A stretch of 64,000 bases of DNA from an uncultured Elusimicrobia bacterium (GCA_964561135.1 CAZLOB010000022.1:5718-69717); one strand, 5' to 3'; numbered from the stretch's first letter, positions 1 to 10,080 are shown. Numbers and translations are program-made. Notes: generated from the sequence alone by a model not told the origin.

Positions 1-1
1 T

Positions 2-523
2 CGTTCAGCCTTAGAAATATTAAGTGCTGTACCTTCTATTGTGATAGGTATATTTGTGTACGGATTAGTTGTGTTGCCGATGAAAAGATTTTCGTTGCTT
101 GCTGGTTCAATCGCATTAAGTATAATAATGATCCCGTTAGTCGCAAGGACTACTGAAGAAATGTTGAATATGATACCACCAACGATAAAAGAAGCTGGTT
201 TGGCTTTGGGAATAAAAAATTGGAAAGTGATTTTTTATATACTTCTTAACACAGCTAAACCTGGTGTTTTAACAGGGATATTGCTTGCTTTGGCAAGAAT
301 TTTTGGTGAAACAGCACCACTTTTGTTTACTGCTTTTGGGAACAGGTTTTGGCATAGGAGTTTGTTAGACCCTGCTGCTGCTTTACCATTACAAATATTT
401 ATTTATGCAATTTCACCATATGATGACTGGAACAGGCAAGCCTGGGCTGGTGCTTTTGTGTTAATTGCAATTGTTTATATTTTACTTATTATAAGCAGGA
501 AACTAATTTTAAAATATAAGTAA
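2..523 (+). CDS. pstA: Phosphate ABC transporter permease PstA, C-terminal part (5' end lies off-window)
   Basis: The frame is open from window position 2. It is a hydrophobic TM-rich protein with an ABC-permease EAA-like region (ALARIFGETAPLL). pstB and phoU follow immediately. Confidence 0.75.
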   Translation, partial: RSALEILSAVPSIVIGIFVYGLVVLPMKRFSLLAGSIALSIIMIPLVARTTEEMLNMIPPTIKEAGLALGIKNWKVIFYILLNTAKPGVLTGILLALARIFGETAPLLFTAFGNRFWHRSLLDPAAALPLQIFIYAISPYDDWNRQAWAGAFVLIAIVYILLIISRKLILKYK

Positions 524-530
524 TAATGAT

Positions 531-1292
531 ATGGAAGAGATAAAGATAAAAATAGAAGGGCTCTCTGCTTGGTATAGTGAACATCAAGTTTTAAAAAATA
601 TATCGTTTAATATTTATAAAAACAAAGTGACAGCTATAATTGGGCCATCTGGTTGTGGTAAGTCAACCTTAATAAGATGTATAAACAGGTTGCATGAAGT
701 TGTACCTTTTGCTAAGGTTACAGGTAAAATATATATAGATGACAAAAATATATACGATCCTGATGTTGATCCAATGGAAGTAAGAAAAAAAGTTGGTATG
801 GTTTTCCAACAGCCAAACCCGTTCCCTACGATGACAATTTATGATAATGTCGTAATTGGTCTCAAACTTAACGGTATTAAAGATAAAAAACAACTAAATG
901 AATTAGCAATACAAGCTTTGATTGAAGCAGGATTATACGAAGAAGTAAAAGATAAACTTAATTCTTATGCAACAAAACTTTCCGGTGGGCAACAACAAAG
1001 GTTGTGTATTGCAAGAACTTTAGCTTTGAAACCAGAGATAATTCTTTTTGATGAACCGTGTTCGGCTCTGGATCCAATTTCTACTGCAATAATAGAGAAT
1101 ACAATAGAGAAATTGAAAGAGAATCATACAGTGATAATTGTTACGCACAACTTACAACAAGCAGCAAGAGTTGCTGACTACACAGCATTTTTATATTTAG
1201 GTGAACTAATAGAATATGGTCCAACGAACTCGTTATTCACTGCACCAAAGATGAAAAAAACTGAAGAATACATAAGAGGAGTTTTTGGGTGA
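531..1292 (+). CDS. pstB: Phosphate ABC transporter ATP-binding protein PstB
   Basis: Walker A GPSGCGKST, ABC signature LSGGQQQRL, Walker B IILFDEP and H-loop VTHN. Size (253 aa) and position between a permease and phoU fit pstB. Confidence 0.9.
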   Translation: MEEIKIKIEGLSAWYSEHQVLKNISFNIYKNKVTAIIGPSGCGKSTLIRCINRLHEVVPFAKVTGKIYIDDKNIYDPDVDPMEVRKKVGMVFQQPNPFPTMTIYDNVVIGLKLNGIKDKKQLNELAIQALIEAGLYEEVKDKLNSYATKLSGGQQQRLCIARTLALKPEIILFDEPCSALDPISTAIIENTIEKLKENHTVIIVTHNLQQAARVADYTAFLYLGELIEYGPTNSLFTAPKMKKTEEYIRGVFG

Positions 1293-1395
1293 TTAATAGT
1301 TAAAGTTGACAGTTGAAGGTCATTTTGTGTGCTTTGTAAGAGTTTATATAGTAGAATTTAATACTATCAATAAATATTGGGAGGTGATGCCAAAC

Positions 1396-2061
1396 ATGTT
1401 TCAAGAAAAAATGTTAAGTTTAAAAAACAAAATAATAGAATTTGCTAATTTAGTAATTGATATGTCTAAAGAAACCTTTATACGGTTGAAAAACAGAGAT
1501 GAAAATATTGAAAAGTTAGTAATGGAACGCGAGACAAAAGCAAATAATATGGAAGTAGAAATAGAAGAAGATTGTGTATACATTATAGCACAATATGGAC
1601 CAAAAGCAACTGACTTAAGGTTTGTTATCACGGTATTAAAAATGAGTAACGATTTTGAACGTATTGCTGACCATGTAGTAAATATTGCTCAAAGTGGAAA
1701 AATTTTGATAATGAACAATATGTACATTTTAAAAACATTCTGGAATCTTTTAGAAGAACTTTTTAACAAATCCTCATACATGTTTGAAACAAGCATAAAA
1801 GCGTTTATAAACAAAGATATAGGACAAGCAAAGTATATTTGCAAGTTTGATCAAGAAGTAGATATGTTAAAAAGAGATATATACAAAAAACTTGTTGAAG
1901 AAATAAAAAACAATCCTGAAAATATTGAGAATTTGTTACATATTGAAAGAATAATAAACAATCTTGAACGTATTGCAGATTTGTCTACTAACATTTGTGA
2001 AGATGTTGTGTTTTTATACGAAGCAGCAATTATAAAACATCATAAGAAAGAAATTTTGTAG
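1396..2061 (+). CDS. phoU: Phosphate transport system regulator PhoU
   Basis: The two-repeat PhoU architecture shows the conserved motifs ERIADHVVNIA and ERIADLSTNICE. The start is placed at the ATG about 12 nt after a GGGAGG RBS; the track ORF begins earlier at 1306. Confidence 0.8.
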   Translation: MFQEKMLSLKNKIIEFANLVIDMSKETFIRLKNRDENIEKLVMERETKANNMEVEIEEDCVYIIAQYGPKATDLRFVITVLKMSNDFERIADHVVNIAQSGKILIMNNMYILKTFWNLLEELFNKSSYMFETSIKAFINKDIGQAKYICKFDQEVDMLKRDIYKKLVEEIKNNPENIENLLHIERIINNLERIADLSTNICEDVVFLYEAAIIKHHKKEIL

Positions 2062-2064
2062 TTT

Positions 2065-3078
2065 ATGTTATTTATACTTTTTATTGTTTTAAACCTTTCC
2101 TTTAATTTATACTCAGAGGTAAGGATAGTTGCAGTAGGTGATTTCATGCCTGGAAGTACTTATCCAAAACCGATACTTCTCTCTAAAGAAAAACTTGATG
2201 AAATTTGTGAAAATATAAAACAATATATACCTCAAGCTGATATAAAAATATTTAACTTAGAAGGGGTTTTAACAACAAGTACACAACCTTTTAAAAGAAT
2301 TAAAAAAACTTATTATTTTGCAATACCACCTGAATATGTGACAATAATAAAAAAATTAGGGTTTAACACAGCAAGTCTGGTTAACAACCATGTGTTAGAT
2401 TTTGGTTTAAGCGGATATAAAGAAACAGTAAAAATTTTAGAAGAAAATCAAATAAAGTATGCTGGTGAAAAAGGTAAGTTTGCTGAGTTTATTGTTAAGG
2501 AAAAAAAAGTTTGTGTTGTATCGTTCGGTTTTACTTATCCTAAAAAATTTTATTCAATTTTAAACATTAACGAAGCAAAAAAAGTTGTCACTGAATTAAA
2601 AGAAAAATATGATATAGTTATTGTTTCTTTTCATGGTGGCAAAGAAAGTTTTGAAAGGACTTTTGATGAAATGGAAGAATTTTTATCAGAAAAAAGGGGT
2701 AACTTAATAGCGTTTAGTCATGCTGTTATTGACGCAGGTGCTGACTTAGTAATAGGTCATGGTCCACATGTTCCACGTGCATTAGAGTTGTATAAGAAAA
2801 AACTTATTGTTTATAGCCTGGGAAACTTTTTTACATATGCAAGGTTTAATTTAGAAGGTATACGTTCATATGCACCAATGATATACGTTCTTCTTGATGA
2901 CGAGGGAAATTTTAAAGAAGGTAAAATAATACCGTTTATACAAACTGGTTTAGGTATACCTGTTTTTGATAACGAAAAAAAAGTTGTTAAATTAATAAAA
3001 AAATTAACTGAGCTTGACTTCCCACAAACAACATTGCATATTGACGAGGAAGGGAATCTGCAAATTAAACAATATTAA
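2065..3078 (+). CDS. CapA/PGA_cap family protein (poly-gamma-glutamate capsule synthesis-like metallophosphoesterase)
   Basis: An N-terminal hydrophobic signal/anchor is followed by AVGDFMPG, then HGG...SHAVID..GADLVIGHGPHV. These are the PGA_cap metallophosphatase-like motifs. Confidence 0.6.
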   Translation: MLFILFIVLNLSFNLYSEVRIVAVGDFMPGSTYPKPILLSKEKLDEICENIKQYIPQADIKIFNLEGVLTTSTQPFKRIKKTYYFAIPPEYVTIIKKLGFNTASLVNNHVLDFGLSGYKETVKILEENQIKYAGEKGKFAEFIVKEKKVCVVSFGFTYPKKFYSILNINEAKKVVTELKEKYDIVIVSFHGGKESFERTFDEMEEFLSEKRGNLIAFSHAVIDAGADLVIGHGPHVPRALELYKKKLIVYSLGNFFTYARFNLEGIRSYAPMIYVLLDDEGNFKEGKIIPFIQTGLGIPVFDNEKKVVKLIKKLTELDFPQTTLHIDEEGNLQIKQY

Positions 3079-3219
3079 ATCAATCCTTTATGTATCTAAA
3101 TCGTATATTCAAAAAAAAATGACAAGCACGTTAAGCAATTTTTAAAACTATTGATTTTTAGAATATAAATTAGTAAATGATTAAAGTGTCAAATTTTAAA
3201 CTATATTTTGTAAACAATC

Positions 3220-4342
3220 ATGACAATAAATCAAGAATTAATTGAAAAATACAAAGATCTTGTTTCTGAAATAGGAAAGATTGGAGATTTTCTTTAACAT
3301 TGCTGAAAAAGAAAAACTTTTGGCTGAGATACAACAAAAACTTGCTAATACTCAACTGTGGCAAAACACTTCTTCACAACAATATCTTGAACTAACAAAA
3401 CAATTTCAAGAAGTTCAAAAGAGTTTAGAAGTATATAACAAAATAAAATATTTACAACAAGAGTTAGAAACAATATTAGAACTACATAAAGAAACAGATG
3501 AACATTCTTTGGCAACAGAGTTTAAAAATTATCTTGCAGAACTACAGCAAATTGTAAACCAACTTAAGTTAACAATTTTTCTTAACGAACCATATGATAA
3601 ATCTAACGCTATTGTAACGCTTCATGCAGGCGCTGGTGGAACTGAAGCTTGTGACTGGGTTGAGATGTTGTTTAGGATGTACACACGTTGGGCAGATAAA
3701 AAAGGGTTTAAAGTAGAACTTGTTGATATTTCAAAAGGTGAGGAAGCGGGTTTTCGTAGTGTTATGTTTATTGTTAAGGGAGATTATGCATATGGTTTAC
3801 TTAAAGGTGAGGAAGGTGTACATAGGTTAGTGCGAATATCACCCTTTGATGCAAACAAAAGACGACATACATCGTTTGCAAGTTGTGATGTTGCAGCAGA
3901 AGTTGCTGAAGAAGAAATAGTTATTGACGAAAATGATTTAAAGATAGAGACATTTCGTGCTTCAGGCCATGGTGGACAACATCTACAAAAAACTGAGTCT
4001 GCAGTAAGGATTACTCATATACCCACAGGGATTGTGGTACAATGTCAGACAGAACGGTCTCAGTTAAAAAATAAACTAACTGCTTTAAAAATTTTAAAAT
4101 CAAGATTGTACAAACTTAAAAAAGAACAAGAATTAAAAGAAAAGCAAAAAGAACGTATACAGAAAGGTGAGATTGGCTGGGGTAGGCAAAAACGTTCTTA
4201 CATTTTTATGCCGTATCAACTTGTAAAAGATCATATTACAGGAGTTGAAGTAGGAGATATTAATTCTGTAATGGACGGAGAAATAGATGTTTTTATTCAA
4301 GCATATCTTGAATATATTGCAAAAAAGAATAAAAAAATATGA
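3220..4342 (+). CDS. prfB: Peptide chain release factor 2, made by a programmed +1 ribosomal frameshift (ORF0 3220-3294, then +1 frame 3296-4342)
   Basis: ORF0 encodes an RF2-like N-terminus (MTINQELIEKYKDLVSEIGKIGDFL, 25 codons) and ends at CTT TAA C. The +1 frame continues as an RF2 body with SPF-region and GGQ motifs ([11 protein letters not shown]). The layout matches canonical prfB: codon 25 is CUU and codon 26 is a stop. Confidence 0.85.
3283..3298 (+). promoter_or_regulatory. prfB +1 frameshift cassette: internal SD-like GGAG, spacer, slippery CUU, then in-frame stop UAA followed by C
   Basis: The sequence is ggagatttt CTT TAA C. The zero-frame stop at 3295-3297 is UAA instead of the canonical UGA. 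The downstream C makes a weak stop context, as in E. coli. Confidence 0.7.
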
Positions 4343-5409
4343 ATCAAATAGAGAATTTAAGGAAAAAAATAAACCGGATCGATCTAAAAATACTGAATTT
4401 ATTGAACCGTCGTGCTGAGATTGCAAAACAAATTGGCCAAATCAAATCTTCTAAAGGATACCAAATTTATTCTCCAGAACGAGAAAAAGAAATTATACAA
4501 AAAATGATAAAACATAATATGGGACCATTAGATGAGGAAGATGTGAAAGAAATTTTTTCTTTGATTATTCAAATCTGCAGGTATCAACAAAAAAAATTTA
4601 AAGTTTCATATTTAGGTCCTGAAGGAACTTTTACCCAACTTGCAGCAATAAAAATTTTTGGTAATAGAAACATTTATATACCTAAAGAAACAATAGGCGA
4701 TGTGTTTTACAGTGTTGAAAAAAACGAGGTTGAGTACGGTGTTGTTCCTGTAGAAAACACTACTGAAGGTATTGTTTCTCATACACTTGATATGTTTTTA
4801 GAATGTGATTTATACATCTGTGGCGAACTTGATATGAAAATTTCACATTGTTTGCTTTCAAAAGAAAACTCTATTAAAAAAATAAAGTATGTATATTCTA
4901 ACCCACAAGCTTTTGCTCAATGTAAAAACTTTGTTTCTACAAAGTTACATTATGCGAAACTAATTGAAGTGTCTTCTACTGCGGAAGCAGCAAAAATTGT
5001 TGCTAAAAAAAGGTATTCTGCAGCAATATCCTCAGAAGTAAGTGCCAAAATTTATAAATTAAACATTTTAGAAAGAAACATACAGGATTTAGAAGATAAC
5101 TACACAAAGTTTATTGTTATTGGTAAACACCCTATAATGAGACCATCTGGGAAAGATAAAACATCAATTTTGTTTTCTTTAAAAGACAGGGTTGGTATAC
5201 TGCATGACGCTTTAGCACCGTTTAAAAAACATGGGATTAACCTAACAAAGATAGAATCCAGACCGTCAAAACAACGTCCATGGGAATATGTTTTCTTTGT
5301 AGATTTTGTTGGCCATATAAACGATAAAAATGTTAAAAAAGCAATTGAAGAACTGGAAAATTTGTGTACAAATTATAAATTTTTAGGTTCGTATCCACAA
5401 GCGAAATAA
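4339..5409 (+). CDS. pheA: Bifunctional chorismate mutase / prephenate dehydratase (P-protein) with C-terminal ACT domain
   Basis: The N-terminal AroQ chorismate-mutase helix is IDLKILNLLNRRAEIAKQIGQIK. A prephenate dehydratase domain follows (YLGPEGTFT..., TRF-like ESRP), then a C-terminal ACT region. Its start overlaps the prfB stop (ATGA). Confidence 0.8.
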   Translation: MNQIENLRKKINRIDLKILNLLNRRAEIAKQIGQIKSSKGYQIYSPEREKEIIQKMIKHNMGPLDEEDVKEIFSLIIQICRYQQKKFKVSYLGPEGTFTQLAAIKIFGNRNIYIPKETIGDVFYSVEKNEVEYGVVPVENTTEGIVSHTLDMFLECDLYICGELDMKISHCLLSKENSIKKIKYVYSNPQAFAQCKNFVSTKLHYAKLIEVSSTAEAAKIVAKKRYSAAISSEVSAKIYKLNILERNIQDLEDNYTKFIVIGKHPIMRPSGKDKTSILFSLKDRVGILHDALAPFKKHGINLTKIESRPSKQRPWEYVFFVDFVGHINDKNVKKAIEELENLCTNYKFLGSYPQAK

Positions 5410-5419
5410 GTTTAAAACA

Positions 5420-6541
5420 ATGAAAAAAAATATACCGCTACCACAACCTAGAAAAGAAATAAAAAATTTTCAACCATATATTCCTGGCAGACCTATTGAA
5501 GAAATTCAGGATAAATTTGGACTAAAAAATGTTTACAAACTTGCCTCAAACGAAAATCCGCTCGGTTGTTCAAAAACAGTAAAAAATCTTTTAGGCAAAT
5601 TGTACACTTTATTTCATAGGTATCCTGAAGGGTCAAGTTTAAAACTAAGAGAAAAAATTGCAAAAAAGTTTAATGTTTCAAAAGAAGAAGTGATAATAGG
5701 TGCTGGTACTGACGAACTTATCGAACTTCTTGGTAAAACATATCTTTCAAAAGAAGACAATATTGTTGTCTCAAACCATGCGTTTATAAGATATAAAATG
5801 GCAGGCGAGCTTATGGGTTGTAAAGTAATATCAGTACCAATGAAAGATTTTACTCATGATTTGTTCTCAATGGCAAAAAAAGTTAACAAAAAAACTAAAA
5901 TTGTTTTCATTGCTAATCCTAACAATCCAACTGGAACATATAATACAAAAGATGAAGTAAATTGGATGTTAAAATATTTTTTAGAAAAAAAACTTTATCC
6001 AATAGTTGTATTTGATGAAGCGTATTACGAATATGCAAAAGTTTTCAATGATTATCCGGACAGTTTGTCTTTGCGCAAATTATATCCAAATATTGTCATA
6101 CTTAGGACATTTTCAAAAGTATATGGTCTTGCAGGGTTAAGAATAGGGTTTGGTATTTCAAGAAAAGAAATTATTGCTGAATTAGACAGGGTTCGTCCCC
6201 CGTTTAATGTTTCTGTTGTAGCACAATATGTTGCAGAAAAGGCTATTGATGATGAAGAACATATAGAAAAATCCGTGTCTCATGTTATCCGTGAGAAAGA
6301 ATTTTTGTATACTCAATTAGATAAACTTAAAATTGATTATATAAAGTCAGCAACAAATTTTGTTTTAATCAATGTTTATCCAAAGAAAGGAATTGATGTG
6401 TTTTCAAAATTGCTTAGTAAAGGTATTATTGTACGCGCAATGGATGAGTACGATTTACCAAATCATATACGAGTAACTATTGGGACAAGGAAAGAAAATA
6501 TTAAGTTCATAAACAATTTCAAACAAATAATAAAAAACTAA
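5420..6541 (+). CDS. hisC: Histidinol-phosphate/aromatic aminotransferase (HisC family, PLP fold type I)
   Basis: The HisC-family pattern is present: YPxGSS..LR, a PLP-lysine region TFSKVYGLAGLRIGF and NPNNPTG. It lies inside the aromatic amino-acid gene block, so it may serve as an aromatic aminotransferase. Confidence 0.7.
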   Translation: MKKNIPLPQPRKEIKNFQPYIPGRPIEEIQDKFGLKNVYKLASNENPLGCSKTVKNLLGKLYTLFHRYPEGSSLKLREKIAKKFNVSKEEVIIGAGTDELIELLGKTYLSKEDNIVVSNHAFIRYKMAGELMGCKVISVPMKDFTHDLFSMAKKVNKKTKIVFIANPNNPTGTYNTKDEVNWMLKYFLEKKLYPIVVFDEAYYEYAKVFNDYPDSLSLRKLYPNIVILRTFSKVYGLAGLRIGFGISRKEIIAELDRVRPPFNVSVVAQYVAEKAIDDEEHIEKSVSHVIREKEFLYTQLDKLKIDYIKSATNFVLINVYPKKGIDVFSKLLSKGIIVRAMDEYDLPNHIRVTIGTRKENIKFINNFKQIIKN

Positions 6542-6891
6542 TGCAATATTTAGTTTTAGGTATAGTTGCGGGTATATTAGGTGGGTTGTTAGGTATAGGT
6601 GGTGGTACAATCATAGTTCCATATTTAGTTTATATTAAAAATTTTACTCAACATCAGGCACAAGGTGTAAGTTTAATACTTGCGGCTTTACCAATTGGTT
6701 TGCTTGCTTTATTGAAATATTACAAAGAAGGGAACTTTGATTTAAAGATAGGTTTTATAATAGCAATTGGTTTTTTTCTTGGTGGATATTTAGGTGCCAC
6801 AATAGCACATAAAATTCCTGAAAACCTACTTAGGAAATTATTTGGTATATATTTGCTACTTTTAGGTTTAAAAATGGTATTCGGCAAATGA
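6541..6891 (+). CDS. Half-size TSUP (TauE/SafE-like, DUF81) membrane protein
   Basis: The 116-aa protein has 3-4 predicted TM helices with glycine-rich TSUP motifs (GILGGLLGIGGGTIIVP, GFFLGGYLGA). Its length is about half a canonical ~250-aa TSUP. Confidence 0.55.
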   Translation: MQYLVLGIVAGILGGLLGIGGGTIIVPYLVYIKNFTQHQAQGVSLILAALPIGLLALLKYYKEGNFDLKIGFIIAIGFFLGGYLGATIAHKIPENLLRKLFGIYLLLLGLKMVFGK

Positions 6892-6900
6892 AAGGAGGGA
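6892..6900 (+). promoter_or_regulatory. Strong Shine-Dalgarno (AAAGGAGGG) for the DAHP synthase gene
   Basis: aaaggaggg sits 6 nt upstream of the ATG at 6907. Confidence 0.5.
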
Positions 6901-6906
6901 AAACAA

Positions 6907-7923
6907 ATGATATTAGTTTTAAAAAATAATATCTCAGAAGAACAATTTAATCATATAATAGAAAAAATTAAAGAGTTAGGTTTTACACCACATATATCCA
7001 GGGGTGTAAAAAAGACAATTGTTGGTTTAATTGGAGAACAAGCTGAACGTTATAGAGAAATTTTTGAATCAATAGAAGGTATTGAACATATTTCTGAAAT
7101 TGAGAACCCGTTTAAGTTAGCAAGTAGAGAATTTAAAGAAGAAGATACAATAGTAAAAGTAAATCCTGAGGTTGAGCTTGGTGGTAAAAAAATTGTTGTT
7201 ATAGCTGGACCTTGTGCTGTTGAATCTAAAGAACAATTTTTAACTATTGCGAAAGAGGTTAAGAAACACGGTGCTGTTTTGTTACGAGGAGGTATTTTTA
7301 AACCACGTACTTCACCATATTCGTTTCAAGGGTTAGGTAAAGATGGACTAAAAATTTTAAAAGAAGTAAAAGAAGAAGTTGGGTTAGGTATTGTATCTGA
7401 AGCGATGAATATTGAACAAGTTGAAATTTTAGCTGAATATGTTGATATTATACAAATTGGTGCAAGAAATGTACAAAATTTTGAGTTACTTAAAGCTGCT
7501 GGAAGAATAAAAAAACCTGTATTATTAAAACGTGGTATGGCAACAACAATCAAAGAATGGCTAATGTCAGCAGAATATATTATGGCAGAAGGAAATTATA
7601 ACGTAATACTTTGTGAACGAGGTATACGTACGTTTGAAGATTCAACAAGGTTTACTTTAGACTTAAATGCGATACCTGTAGTAAAAAGTTTATCTCATCT
7701 ACCTGTAATTGTTGATCCAAGCCATGGTATAGGAATAAGAAATTTTGTACCAACAATGGCAAAGGCTGCTATTGTAGCAGGTGCCGACGGGTTAATCATA
7801 GAAGTACATCATAATCCTGAACAAGCACTTTCTGATGGCCCACAAAGTATCTATCCGTACCAGTTTGCACAACTTATGCAAGACCTTAGAAAACTTGTGG
7901 AAGCTATCGGAAGAAGTATATAG
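6907..7923 (+). CDS. 3-deoxy-D-arabino-heptulosonate-7-phosphate (DAHP) synthase, class I-beta with an N-terminal ferredoxin-like regulatory domain (Thermotoga type)
   Basis: The 338-aa protein has an N-terminal ~65 aa with the regulatory-domain pattern. The catalytic barrel carries DAHPS/KDO8PS-family motifs: GPCAVES, LRGGIFKPRTSPYSFQG, IQIGARN, KRG and VDPSHG. Confidence 0.8.
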   Translation: MILVLKNNISEEQFNHIIEKIKELGFTPHISRGVKKTIVGLIGEQAERYREIFESIEGIEHISEIENPFKLASREFKEEDTIVKVNPEVELGGKKIVVIAGPCAVESKEQFLTIAKEVKKHGAVLLRGGIFKPRTSPYSFQGLGKDGLKILKEVKEEVGLGIVSEAMNIEQVEILAEYVDIIQIGARNVQNFELLKAAGRIKKPVLLKRGMATTIKEWLMSAEYIMAEGNYNVILCERGIRTFEDSTRFTLDLNAIPVVKSLSHLPVIVDPSHGIGIRNFVPTMAKAAIVAGADGLIIEVHHNPEQALSDGPQSIYPYQFAQLMQDLRKLVEAIGRSI

Positions 7924-7929
7924 CTACTG

Positions 7930-8802
7930 ATGCAAATAAAACAGATAAGTATAATAGGTGTAGGTCTCATTGGTGGATCAATTGGTTTAGCATTAAAAAA
8001 ATGTTTATCTTCTGTAGTTATTATTGGTGTTGGGAGGAATGTTGACAAGTTAAAAATTGCAAAAGAAAAAGGATGTATTGACAAGTTTACAACTGATATT
8101 AAAGAAGGTGTAAAAGACGCAGATATTGTCATTATTAGTGTTCCTGTTAATTTAACTATAAAATTCGTAGAGTTAGTTTTACCATATGTGAAAGAAGATG
8201 CTGTAATAACAGATGTTGCGTCAGTGAAAAATGAAATAATAAAAAAAGTAAAACAAAAGATATTAAAGGTAAAGAAAACAAAAAAAGTACATTTTGTAGG
8301 TTGTCATCCATTAGCAGGACTTGAAAAATCAGGTGTTGAATATGCAAAAGAAAACCTGTTTGAAAATTCTGTCTGCGTTATATGTTATGACAAAACAATA
8401 TGTTCTAAAGATGCTTTAAATAAAATAAAATTTTTGTGGGAAACAATGAAAGCAAATGTCGTTGATCTTGATCCACACAAACATGATAAAATTCTCGCAT
8501 TAACAAGTCATATGTTACATATTATAGCATATGTTTTAGCAAAACAAATTAATTCAAAAAAGGAATATTTAAAATTTACTGCTGGTGCGTATAGAGATAT
8601 GACACGTATCGCTGCGTCAAACCCTGAAATGTGGGCTCAAATATGTTATATGAACAGAAGTTTTGTAAAAAACGAGTTAAAAAAATTTTTAAACTTAACA
8701 AAACAAGTTCTAAACTGTTTAGACAACTACAATAAATTAAAAAAATTTTTCAGTACAGCTTACAGACTTAAACTAAAAAGTTATGAACATAAAAGTATAT
8801 AA
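7930..8802 (+). CDS. tyrA: Prephenate dehydrogenase
   Basis: The N-terminal Rossmann motif is IIGVGLIGGSIG, followed by a TyrA-like dimerisation domain with GCHPLAG. It sits between DAHP synthase and aroA. Confidence 0.75.
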   Translation: MQIKQISIIGVGLIGGSIGLALKKCLSSVVIIGVGRNVDKLKIAKEKGCIDKFTTDIKEGVKDADIVIISVPVNLTIKFVELVLPYVKEDAVITDVASVKNEIIKKVKQKILKVKKTKKVHFVGCHPLAGLEKSGVEYAKENLFENSVCVICYDKTICSKDALNKIKFLWETMKANVVDLDPHKHDKILALTSHMLHIIAYVLAKQINSKKEYLKFTAGAYRDMTRIAASNPEMWAQICYMNRSFVKNELKKFLNLTKQVLNCLDNYNKLKKFFSTAYRLKLKSYEHKSI

Positions 8803-10075
8803 GAAAGACAAAATTAAAGCAGAAATAGAAGTTCCTCCAGACAAATCTATAACACATAGAGCTATAATGTTAGCATCTATATCTTCAGGTGTATCAGAGA
8901 TACACAATTTTTTAAAAAGTAAAGATTGTTATTCTACTATTAACGCTTTTAGGTCGCTTGGAGTAAAAATTGTTGAAGAAAAAAATACATTAAAAGTTTA
9001 CGGTGTTGGTATGGAAGGATTAAAACAACCAAACGATGTTATTGACGCTGGTAACTCTGGCACTACAGTAAGGTTAATATCAGGCATTCTTGCTGGAAAC
9101 GAGATAGAAGTAAAAATTGTTGGTGATGAAAGTTTGTCAAAACGTCCAATGAAACGTATTGTAGAACCGTTATCTCTTATGGGTGCAAAAATTGTTGCTA
9201 CTGAAGGTAACTATTTGCCTATGACTATATATGGAAGCAAAAACTTAAAATCTATCACTTGGGAAAGTAAAATTGCGTCAGCACAAGTAAAATCTTGTAT
9301 TCTATTTGCAGGAATGTATGCAGAAGGTGAAACAATTTATATCGAACCACAAATATCAAGAGATCATACAGAACGTATGTTACAATACTTGGATGTAAAC
9401 ATTGAGAAAAAAGATAGGGTGTGCTCAATTAAGGGTAAAATAAAAAGAATAAAAAATTTTGAAATTGAAATACCAGGAGATCCATCTTCTGCAAGCTATT
9501 TTGTAGCAATTGGTATCTTAACAAAAGATTCTGAGATAGTTATAAGAAATGTTTGTGTAAATCCTACTCGTATGGGATTTATAAACACTTTAATAAAAAT
9601 GGGCGCAAATATAAGTTTGACAAACTTAAAAACAAAATATAATGAACCTGTTGCTGATCTTGTTGTAAAAAGTAGTAAACTAAAAGGTATAAACATATCT
9701 GCTGACGATGTACCATCAATGATTGATGAACTACCGCTGCTTGCTGTTATTGCGACACAGGCTGATGGTTTAACAGAAATACGTGGTGCACAAGAATTAA
9801 GAGTAAAAGAATCTGACAGAATCAAAACTATTACAACTGAACTACAAAAATTAGGTGCAAAAATTGTTGAACTTGAAGATGGTATGATTGTAATGGGTAA
9901 TACAAAACTTTCTTCTGAAAAAGATATTATTGAATTAGAATCTTATAAAGACCATAGGATTGCTTTAAGTTTAGCTGTAGCTGGAACTATTTGTGAAAGA
10001 AATGTAGTTATAAAAGATGCTGAGTGTGTTGATATATCTTTTCCAAACTTTTGGGAAATTTTTAATAGTTTATAA
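8783..10075 (+). CDS. aroA: 3-phosphoshikimate 1-carboxyvinyltransferase (EPSP synthase)
   Basis: EPSPS motifs include PPDKSITHRA, AGNSGTTVRL, LKESDRI and DHRIAL, in a 430-aa protein. Confidence 0.85.
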   Translation: MNIKVYKKDKIKAEIEVPPDKSITHRAIMLASISSGVSEIHNFLKSKDCYSTINAFRSLGVKIVEEKNTLKVYGVGMEGLKQPNDVIDAGNSGTTVRLISGILAGNEIEVKIVGDESLSKRPMKRIVEPLSLMGAKIVATEGNYLPMTIYGSKNLKSITWESKIASAQVKSCILFAGMYAEGETIYIEPQISRDHTERMLQYLDVNIEKKDRVCSIKGKIKRIKNFEIEIPGDPSSASYFVAIGILTKDSEIVIRNVCVNPTRMGFINTLIKMGANISLTNLKTKYNEPVADLVVKSSKLKGINISADDVPSMIDELPLLAVIATQADGLTEIRGAQELRVKESDRIKTITTELQKLGAKIVELEDGMIVMGNTKLSSEKDIIELESYKDHRIALSLAVAGTICERNVVIKDAECVDISFPNFWEIFNSL

Positions 10076-10080
10076 AAATT

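Noticed and set aside
1306-1395. Longer N-terminal extension of phoU from the ORF-track start (MTVEGHFVCFVRVYIVEF...)
   Set aside because: A GGGAGG RBS followed by ATG at 1396 gives a canonical ~221-aa PhoU. The upstream extension has no PhoU similarity.
3281-4342. Treating the track ORF (TTG start at 3281) as a complete, unshifted prfB
   Set aside because: It would lack the conserved RF2 N-terminus. That N-terminus is encoded in the zero frame (3220-3294) and ends at a CUU-stop-C shift site exactly as in known prfB genes.
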